From NCBI GenBank assembly GCA_038087875.1, contig CM075991.1, forward strand, positions 4,898,001 to 4,962,000: a stretch of DNA of 64,000 nt. The letters run 5' to 3'. The notes under the pieces were generated by a model. The model was not told where the DNA came from and did no database searches. It worked only from the letters and a program-made list of their open reading frames with translations. Source of the DNA: Malacoraja senta. Taxonomy: Eukaryota. Of the stretch, positions 54,397 to 64,000 are shown one piece after another; within the stretch, counting starts at the first letter, position 1, and the number at the start of each line of letters is the position of its first letter. The translations under genes were made by a program, and so were the position numbers.

Positions 54397-55575
54397 TTGC
54401 AGAATAATCCCAAACTCGGGGGTGATGTTTGGCAAATTTGTAAAAAGAACACAATGTAACTGAGAGCAACTCAGCTGGCCAGAAGGCACCATAGGAGAAC
54501 ATAGGAGACTTCAACTCGATCGGAGTTGGTGGGCACAGACTGGGAGCGACCGGAGATGCGGTCACTCAGACGATGGGCCCCAACCTGAGTGTGATGTGTG
54601 ACGGCCCCAAGTTGCTTATCCATATTCTCCCAGAGATGTGGCCTGACCCAATTGTCTGAAAGGCCTGTGTGACTCTATGGTTTGCTTCGACTGCACTTAG
54701 AACTTCTCCCATGCAACCTCTTCCCTCACTCTCCCTGTTGCAATCACAGCAGAGGAGAGATACCGGGCGCCAGGGCCCGTCAACTGTGCCCGACAATTGC
54801 CAACCCATTGCCAACAAACACGGCTCATACCCTCGCATCGGCGACGCCCCCTTGAGCCATGCGGTGCCATTTCACCCGTAGGGGTCAGATCCTGTGACCT
54901 AAATGCTAATCCTACGATGACTTACCTTTCGCAATAGCTTGACGAGGCATCACACGCCCTCGTCTGCCTGCCGGAATGGCCAGGTTAGCCAGGCCCAGTA
55001 GCAACCCAACTAGATCCAGCTCTGACCTACCCATTCTCCTCCGCACTTGGTGCCAAGCAATATGGATGGTGTGATTCAATTGGGGCCAGAAAGCAAGGAG
55101 CAGCCCATTCAAAGAACTCGCTCCGTAATTGTGTAGGAAGAAATTGCAGATCCTGGTTTACACCGAAGATTGGCACAAAATGCTGGAGTAACTCAGCGAG
55201 TCAGGTCTGAAGAGGGGTCTCGACCCGGAAACGTCACCTGTTCCTTTTCTCCAGACTTGCTCCCTGAACAGCTGAATTACTCGAGCATTTTGTGTCTATC
55301 ACTCCATAATTGGACAGGTTTCGCCGTATTCCCTGGTTACAATGTGAACCCCTGAGCCACTGGGACCCGCAATACTCATCCAGGCTGTGGGTGCCGGGAC
55401 CATTTACTGGTTTGGGAGAAACTCCTGGCGCAATTTCCCAATTTGCAGGCAAAACCCCTCCCGCGGCCAATGAAGAACTGGTGAGGTGTCGCCATTTTTG
55501 TCGGGAACTGTGGCTTCCATTGGGTGCACGACATGACCCCACACAGCCCGGTGATTGGCCTCTGATGATCAGGTC
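54390..55575 (-). pseudogene. MSMB-like fragment F: part of intron 3, 3' stub of exon 3 (about 54926-54940) and part of intron 2
   Basis: 54390-54590 and 54870-54925 match intron 3 of copy C (63210-63449). ...TATTGCGAAAG|GTAAGT is the exon-3 end. The rest of exon 3 is deleted and joined to intron-2 sequence. Confidence 0.7.
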
Positions 55576-56539
55576 CCGACGAGAGGGCCTACACATCGGG
55601 CCGTCCGTAGCGGCGACTACGGAGGGTCAAGGCCCCAACACGGGTGGACAAAAAGGAGGAAGACTGATTAAACTTTATTGCCTTCCATCACAGTGGATGT
55701 TTATGTTCAGTGCTATCGTGTATTATGTTCTTTTAATTGTACGGTCTGCATGGTAACTCAAATATCACTGTACCGTAATAGGTGCATGTGACATAAATGT
55801 AACAAATAAGACACGTCGCCACCTATTAATCCCACCTCTCGTTTCATCCCCCGTGTATACACAGTTTATACTGCGCAGCGTCCGCTTTTTTTTCCCGAAT
55901 GATCATTGACAAATCCAATGATTCCTTGCGTATATCGGAATACCGAACTGGCTGATTCTCGTCCCAACTGACGAGCCTGCTCATTTCGTCACCCTCCCCG
56001 CTTGACCCCTGGCATCTTTCGCTGCAAATTTAGAGAGTGCGACACCACACCTACTTCCTCATCAACGTTCAGGGTCCTAAACAGCTCCACTGAGGCGATG
56101 CCAAGGAGCACGTGCATCTCCCCGGCGTGGCGTATTCGTTCATCGAGCATTGACCAATACTACTCAGGATCAGGCTTGAAGAGAATGGATCCTGCGAGAA
56201 GCAGCAAGGGGAGGGGATGGGAAGACGAGGTTGGTGGTGAGATGGCCTTGGAACTGGCAGATGTGTAGAACGATACAGCACATGAATCTAGGAATGCAGG
56301 TACACAGTTCCCTGAGAGTGTCGTCAAAGGTGGATAGTTAAAAGTCAAATGGATCTTCGAAATATTGGCCTTTTTCACAGGGTATTGAGTGTAGAGATTA
56401 GGATGTTATGTTGCAGTACTGCAACACTTGGGTGGGACCGCGTTTTGAGAATTGTGTCATCATTTGTTCATAGGTAGGATGTCATGAAACTTGAAAAATA
56501 GCAGAAAAAAATATTAAAAGGTTGACAGCACACGAGGGC

Positions 56540-56776
56540 CCGACCCATAGGAGACCTCTCACGACCATACAGGCGACCCTTGGCGACATGTCGCGGGTGA
56601 CCTCTCACGACCATACTCATGTAAGGTCGTGAGATATATGCTATGGTCGTGAGAGGTTTTCAAAGGGTCGTAGCGTCTTCTGGTCGCCGCTGAATTTTCA
56701 ACATGTGGAAAATGTCGGCGACCTATCACGGGTGCCGGCAGTCGCCTGTAAAGGTCGCATAAGTGTGACTGGCCCT
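56540..56776. mobile_element. MITE fragment of the same TIR family at the left boundary of inverted copy D
   Basis: Ends aagtgtgactggccct|tta; gtcg/cgac-rich interior. Confidence 0.55.
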
Positions 56777-56779
56777 TTA

Positions 56780-59700
56780 GGTACATGATCACGTTGCCGA
56801 TGAAACTTTCTCTCTCCCCCTCCCTCTGTGTGTGCAGATACTCCCACTGTGCATCGCTCTGCTGCTTGTCGGGGCTCAGCTGTCGGAATCCGCCTGCTTC
56901 TTTCGGAAACAGGACAGGAGCGGTAACGTATAGTCGTGAATGAATCTCTCTGTCAGATCCGGCAGCGAGATATAGAATCATCGAACATTGAAAATAGGTG
57001 CAGGAGTAGGCCATTCGGCTGTTCGAGCCCAAATTGGCTAATCATCCAAAATTAGTACCATATCCCCTGATTCATTTAACTAAATCTAACTCTCTCTTGA
57101 AAACATCCAGTGAATTGGCCTCCACTGCCTTCTGTGGCAGAGACTCGGTCGACAGCAGGAGCAGGGATTGAGCAGGACATCATATTCATGGCGCCACCCT
57201 AACGCTCATCGCCGTTGGCTCCCCGCCTGTTCCTCGGTGGGTTTGAAGTCTGAGTGTAGTGGGGGTTGATAGCCCGACCAATCCCCAGCTTAGGGAGCGC
57301 TCATCTGTCACATTTCAGCTGAGGCACTAAACCTTGTCCACGGGTGGATTGAGGGTCATAAGGTCATAAGTGATAGGAGCAGAAATAGACCGTTCGGCCC
57401 ATCAAGTCTACTACGCCATTCATTCAAGCCTGATCTATCTCCCTCCGAACCCCATTCTCCTGCCTTCTCCCCGCAATCCCTGACACCCGTACTAATCAAG
57501 AATCTATCTATCTCTGCCGTTAACATATCCTTTGACTTGGCCACGGCCTTCTGTGGCAAAGAATTCCACAGCTTCACCACCCTCTGACTAAAGAAATTCC
57601 TCCTCATCTCCTTCCTAAAGGAACGCCCTTTAATTCTGGGTCTATGACATCCAGTCCTGGACTCTCCCACTTATGGAAACATCCTCTCCACATCCACTCT
57701 ATTCACGTTTTTCACTATTCTGTACATTTCAATGAGGTTCCCCTCACACTCCAGCGAGTACGGGCCCTGTGCCGTCAAGCGTTCATCATATGTTAACCCA
57801 CTCATTCCTGGAATCATTCTTGTAAACCTCCTCTGGACCCTCTCCAGAGCTTACACATCCTTCCTCAGATATGGTGCCCAAAATTGCTCACAATACTCCA
57901 AATGTGGTTTGACCTGTTCCTTACAGAGCCTCAGCATTATATTCCTGTTTTTGTATTATAGCCCTCTTGAAATTAATGCTAGCATTGCGTTTGCTTTATT
58001 TACTACCAATTCGATTTGCAGGGTAACAATTTGATAATCCTGCACCAGATCTCTCAAGTCCCTTTGAACCTCCGATTCCTGGATTATTTCCCCATTTAGA
58101 AAATAGTCTACGCCTTTATTTCTACTCCCAAAATGCACGACTCCATACCGTATTCCACTATATTCCACCCGCCACTTCTCTGCCCACTCTCCCAACCTGT
58201 CCAAGTCCTTCTCCAGAGTTCCTGCTTTCTCTACATGACCTGTCCCTCCACTTATTTTCGTATCACCGGCAAATGTGGCCACAAAGCCTTCAACCCACTC
58301 ATCCAAATCATTAATATATAATGTGAAGAGTAGCGGCGCCAGCACCGACCCCTGCGAAACTCCGCTAGTCACTGGCAGCATACCAGAAATAACCCCCATT
58401 TACTGCCATTTTTTGCCACCAGCCATCCAGCCAACCTCCTATCCGGGTTAGCATCTGCTCTTTCACACCATGGGCTTCCATGTTCCTTAGCAGCCTCACG
58501 TGTGGCCCCTTATCAAAGGCTTTCTAAAAATCGAGGTGAACAACGTCCACCGATTCTCCTTCGCCTGTCCTGCTATTGACTTCTTCAAAGAATTCCAGCA
58601 GATTCGTCAGGCAAGACCTCCCTTTCACAAAATCATGCTGACATCCGTCTATTTTATCGTGAACTTTGAAATACACCGTAACCTCATCCTTTAAAATGCA
58701 CTCTAAAATCTTACCAACCACCGAAGTCAGACTAATCGGCCTATAGTTCCCACTATTCTACTTTGCTCTCTTCTTCTGCAGCGGGGTAATATTGATAATT
58801 TTTCAATCATCTGGAACCATTCCTGACTCTTGTGATTCTTGAAGTATCACTATTAATGCCCCAACAATCCCTGAAGCCACCTCTTTCAGAACGCGCGGTT
58901 GCAGTCCATCGATCCAGGTGACTTATCCTCTTTCAGCCCTTTCAGCTTTCCAAGCACCTTCTCCTTAGTAATCGCGACTCCACTAACTTCCACCCCCTGA
59001 TTCTCTTAAATTTAAGGCACGTTGATGGTGTATTCCCCTGTGAAGACTGACGAAAATCAAAATACTCAACTCCTCTGCCAATTCTTTATTCACCTATTAT
59101 CACTTGTCCTGCATTATTTTCCAGCGGTCCAACGTACACTCTTACCTCTTTCTTGCTCTTCATATAACGGGAGAAACTCTTGCTATCCTCTTTTAGATTA
59201 ATAGCTTGCTTAACTCTTGATATCCTCTTTGATATTACTCGCTATCTTATTTCATCTTTTCTCCCGTATTGCTTTTTAGTTACATTCTGTTGCTTTAAAA
59301 GCTTCCCAGTCCTCTGGCATGCCACTAATTTTTGCAATGTTATATGCCTTCTCTTTTAGTGTTATACTGTCCTTGACTTCCCTTGCAGGCCACTGTCGCA
59401 TCATTCTCCCCCTAGAAACGTTCTTCTTCTTTGCAATTAAAAGATCCTACATCCTCCGACTAATTCCCAGAAATTCTTGCCACTGCTGTTCCTCCAGCAT
59501 CCCTGCTAGGGTCATTTTCCAGTCAACGTTGGCCAGCTCCTCCCTCATGCCTCTGTACTGACCTTTGCAATGCCGACATACGATTTCACCTTCTCCGTCA
59601 CAAATTGCAGGTTAAACCTTATCATATTTTGGTCGTCACCTCCTAGTGGTTCCTTTACCACGAGTCCCCTTATCAAATCCGGTTCATTACACAACACTAA

Positions 59701-61136
59701 ATCCAGAATTGCATTTTCCCTGGAGGGGTGCACCACAAACCGATCTAAGAATCCATCTCGTTAGCACTCTACAAACTTCTCTTTCTTGGAGTCCAGTGCC
59801 AATCTGATTTTCCCAATCAACCTGCATATTGAAATCGCCCATGACCACCGCAGCATTGCCTTTCTTACAGGCAGATTGTACCTCCTGATGTAACGATATC
59901 CTAGCTACTGTCTGGGGGGCTGTAAATAACTCCCATGAGGGTCTTTATACACTTACGATTTTCAGCTCTATCAACAGTGACACTACATCCTCTGATCCTA
60001 TGTCACCCCTCGCTAAAGACTGCATTTTATTCCTTACCACCAAATCTACCCCTCCCCCTTTGCCCACCTGTCTCTCTTTCCGATAGGACGTGGATCCTTC
60101 AATAGAAATTGAGGATCTGCTCAGAATTAATTGCTGCTGCCCCTGTACACTGACAAATATTTCACCCTCAACTGCTATTGATGGACCTGGTCTTCAGAGG
60201 CCAATCACTCGGATGTGTGGGATCATGCCGTGCCCCCAATGGAGGCCACGCTTCCCTACAACAATGGCGGCACCTCACCAGCTCTTCACTAGCCACGAGA
60301 CGAGTTTTGCCTCAGAATGGGGAAAGTGACCCAGGAGTTCCTCCCAAACCAGTAGCACTCACAGCCTGGATGAGTATTTGGGATCCCAGTGTGCCAGGGG
60401 TTCACACTGTAACCAGGGGCAACGACGAAACCGACCCATGTATGGATTGATGCACACGAAATGCTGGAGTAACTCAGCGGTTCCGACAGCATCTCTGGAG
60501 AAAAAGAATAGGCGACGTTTCGTGCCGAGACTCCTCTTCAGACCTGATCCGCTAACTGACAGAGATACCCCAACATTTTGTGTCAATCTTCGGTGTAAAC
60601 CAGGATCTGCAGTTTCTTCAGACATAATTATGGAGTGAGCTATTTGAATGGGCTGCTCCTTGATTTATGGCTCCGCTTCCGTCCCACCATCATAATCTGT
60701 GTGTACCAAGTGCGGAGGGGAGTGGGTAGATGAGAGGAGGATCAGATTGGTTTGCTGCTGGGCCATTATTGCGTCAAGGCGCCAAGCAGACGAGGGTTCC
60801 ACATCCTCGCCCGACTGTCCCTTGAAAAAGAACACGCAGTGCCCACTGGCACAAGGGAGGTGTTCCAGGACCGATGGCCGCAGCGATGGAATTGACTGTC
60901 TCCTGGATCAAGAATGTAGCATAGCAATTTGGCATTTGCTTGCGATCTTTGACAGTCTGATGGTGGTGGGTGTTTTGGTCAATGCATAAACAATTCTGTA
61001 AGTTGCTGAATATATTCAATTTTATTTTAAATATATATATAGAGTGAGCGCTGACCACCAATTCCCCAGTTGGGCTTCCGAGATGAGTGAAGTTGGGTGT
61101 TGGGTTGGGGGGCTGGTATCAGATCCCGGGTGAAAC
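56780..61136 (+). pseudogene. Inverted MSMB-like copy D: intact-looking exon 2 (56838-56922) plus intron 2; exons 1, 3 and 4 not found
   Basis: tgtgtgcAG|ILPLCIALLLVGAQLSESACFFRKQDRS plus 1 nt|GTAACG. 60090-61136 is the reverse complement of intron 2 of copies A/B/C and stops short of exon 3. Confidence 0.75.
57356..60090 (-). mobile_element. Degenerate CR1 LINE (ORF2 to 3' tail) inside intron 2 of MSMB-like copy D
   Basis: ENAILDLVLCNEPDLI, QHDFVKGRSCLTNLLEFFE, VTSGVSQGSVLAP, ESRTGCH..RIKGRSFRKEMRRNFFSQRVV. Octamer tail (catAAGGT)n at 57356-57372. Confidence 0.93.
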
Positions 61137-61189
61137 ATAGAGAATAGGCGGAGGAGTAGGCCATTCGGCCCTTCGAGCCAGCACCGCCC

Positions 61190-61378
61190 ATTCCTTATGG
61201 AAATGATAGGTCAGAAGACGACGGCAGAATGTTGGGTATATGTTTATTGTGAAATGAACTTTACATGCAAGAGCTAAGGCTCCTGCATCCCATTGTTGAA
61301 TGCCTCTAAATTGGAAGGGAGCTGTCTGTTTATTCCAGCTCATTTCCCAACAACTCAATGCACTGGGTATTCGACAGA
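61190..61378 (-). pseudogene. MSMB-like fragment E: 3' end of exon 4 and 3' UTR
   Basis: Matches 48200-48395 and 62600-62795. Reads VEYPVH*VVGK*, with the last Cys lost and a premature stop. Confidence 0.7.
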
Positions 61379-62757
61379 TTATCTCTTGAATAATTCTGAC
61401 CTGTGTAACTGTCTGCGTGGAGAGTGCAATTTCCCGCCACGGCGTGATTACACCGTGTGCTCTGGTTACAAGGGCCTGCAAATTTGTGATGAACTTGCCA
61501 TTGCAGTAGGTCATGAGTATTCATGGGAGTGGTGGGAACTATCGGGAATGTGTGGAGAATTTTTTTTAAGTCTGGAGTAACTCCGCGGGCCAAACAGCAT
61601 TTCTGGACAACACCGACTTGTAACATTTCGAGTCGGTTGCTGTCGGTAGGCCCGTCGTGGGATGCGATCACTCTGAAAACGGATTCCAAGCCAAATAGTA
61701 GCTTGCACATGATCAACAGGGATGCAGAATGGCGAACTGCGTTACTCCCGTCCTTCGTGTCTTGTGGTAGTGGTAAACCACCATCTACAGTTCCATGTGT
61801 GGACATGTTAGGATAATCATCTGCGTCAGGGTAGGATGTTCTCCATGTTCTCCGCAGATGCGGCCTGACCCAGTGGACAATAGGGCCTGTGTTCGTGCCG
61901 TATGACTCTATGGTTTGCTGCGACTGTACTTTATGGTTCCCTGTGCCGAAAGTGAGCATGCATCTCAAAATCACCCATCTACTGGAAGTGTTTAGCCCAT
62001 GTTTGTCAAACCAGCTTGCTCATATACCTCTAAACCAATCCTATACATGTACATGTCTATGATTTCTTAAGTGTTGCATTAGTTCCCCTTCTGGCTGCTT
62101 GTTCCATACACCCATCGCCCTTTGTGTGAAACGGTTATCCCCAAGGTTCCGACTGAATCCTTCTCCCTTCACCTTGAACCCATGTCCTCGGGATCTCCAT
62201 TCCGCCACTCTACGCAAGAGAATTCGTGCGTCGACCCTCTTATGATTGTATACACCTTTGTAAGATCACCCCTTCCTGCGTTCCAATGAATCAACTCCCA
62301 GCCTGCTCAATCACTCCCTATTAAATTAAATTTCATCAACCATTCCTCAGCCCAACTTCCATTTTCTCACACACTCGTTCGCGAACGCACCACGCCATTT
62401 CCCAGTGCCTTCCCTTTCTCCAGCCCATTTCTTCAATGGTTTGTGAGGGGTCACTAGGCCTCGTACCCCACGTTCAGGCAAAACGCATCAATTCCTTAGG
62501 ATTTATCACTTTGCATATTCAGTGACATTTCATAGTAATATGTTCTTACAAATTACACTTCGTTCAATTTACATTTTCTCAAAAACACTTGTATCTCACG
62601 CCCATTTCTTATTAAAATGATGGGTCAGACGATGACAGCAGAATAGGTTTGTTATATATTTATTGTGGGCTGGAGTCGTTACATTATATTCAAGAGTCAA
62701 GTCTCCTGTATCCCATTGATGAATGTCTCCGCGTTGGAGCTGCCTGTTTATTCCAGC

Positions 62758-63567
62758 TCATTACCCAATAGCTGCACCCACTGAACATTCGACAGCCGGG
62801 TCATTCTTCATAAAGACTTGAACAAGTTTTAATTTGGAAAATTAACATTCATTCAGCTGGGACACCAATTGGTACGAAATACCCGGGGAACAGATCAGGG
62901 AATCAATGATGAACAATTTGGAAGATATGCCTCACAGCGCCAGGGACGCGGGTTCGATCCTGACCTCGGCTCATGTCTGTGTGGAGTTTTTTTACGTTCT
63001 CCCTGTGACTGCCTGGGTTATTTTTAGGGATGCTCAAATTTCCTCCCACGTCCCAGAAACTTGCGGATCGGGAGGTTAAATAACGCTGTTACTTGTCCCG
63101 AGCGTGCAGGTGGAGAATAATATCTAGGTCCTGCCCTGAGATCCAACCATAATGCGGGGTGAATAATGGAGGATTAATGCATGGCCGTAGTTAACGGGGA
63201 TTTATCGTCTCTCTCTCCTTGTGGAATAATCCTAACCTCGGAGCATTTTTTTTCATGGACACAGTACTGAAGCAACTTTGCGGCCAGGCAGAACCCCTGG
63301 ACTTTTTGAGTCGGTCGCAGTCAATGAACCCGGACTGGGAGCGCTGGAGATGCGGTCACTCGAACGACGAGTCCCAACCTGAGAACACGCTTAGCCTGTT
63401 CACCCGTCGGGGTCAGATCCTGTGAGCTAAACGGCGGATGATTACCTACCGTTCGCAGCATTCATAACCCGCGCGCGCACACACGCACTCCCAGCAGTTG
63501 GTGTTCATCCAACTTTCTCCGAATTGATGAGACGTTCCGTCGTTTGTGTCAAAGCACGTGCCACTAA
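62758..63567 (-). pseudogene. MSMB: MSMB-like copy C: intact exon 3 (63450-63567), disabled exon 4 (62758-62882); exons 1-2 would lie beyond the window end
   Basis: Exon 3 SGTCFDTNDGTSHQFGESWMNTNCWECVCARAGYECCER with good splice sites. Exon 4 has its acceptor AG changed to GG, a Cys codon changed to TGA (62849-62851), and a 4-nt deletion relative to copy B. Confidence 0.8.
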
Positions 63568-64000
63568 CTGTTGGTGATAAAGACAGCAGGGGGTCAGTGT
63601 TCCGGTGGGGATTGGAGAGACCCGAGGGAGTGGCGGGGCACTGGCGTTGACTCAATACAAAAACACCCTGGAAATGAGCCATTCAGACCACTGGGACCGT
63701 TCCCGTGTGTACTGACCCGGACCTCGCACTTGGCTGCACGGTAGACACAAAATGCTGGAGTAGGTCAGCGGGACAGGCAGCATCTCTGGAGAGAAGGAAT
63801 GGGTGACGTTTCGGGTGGAGACCCTTCTTCATACTTGGCTGTACGGTCCCGTTTCACCCGGGTTCCGATAACAGCGCCCGACCCAAGACCCAGCATCACT
63901 GATCTCGGGGACCTAACAGGGGAATTGGTGGTCAGCGTTCACTCCATATGTTTTAAACTAAAAAGAAACGTACCCAGCTATTTTCCGAAGTATTTATGCA

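Noticed and set aside
61330..61974. 214-aa minus-strand ORF
   Set aside because: It crosses MSMB intron/exon debris and repeat pieces, with no recognisable domain.

Overview
Repeat-rich vertebrate DNA, very probably from a cartilaginous fish (skate/ray), inferred from HE1-like V-SINEs, SacSINE1-like Deu-SINEs and CR1, Rex1, Penelope and Tx1 elements. A 200-N scaffold gap (39090-39289) splits the window in two. Left of the gap is mostly intron and intergenic sequence; the only host coding exon I can recognise is the terminal exon of PEBP4 (+, 15691-15782), which the ORF track misses. Right of the gap is a long Tx1-clade non-LTR retrotransposon followed by a tandem cluster of beta-microseminoprotein (MSMB/PSP94-family) genes. 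One copy is intact: 4 exons, minus strand, 53856 to 48356, 110 aa, signal peptide plus 10 cysteines. At least five other copies are damaged, partial or inverted. The cluster appears to be remodelled at a (TC)n microsatellite in intron 3, which is empty in one paralog, filled by Tx1 elements in two, and a rearrangement breakpoint in another. Penelope-derived repeats carrying a minimal hammerhead-ribozyme motif are scattered throughout. All calls are by eye; no searches were run, and repeat boundaries are approximate.
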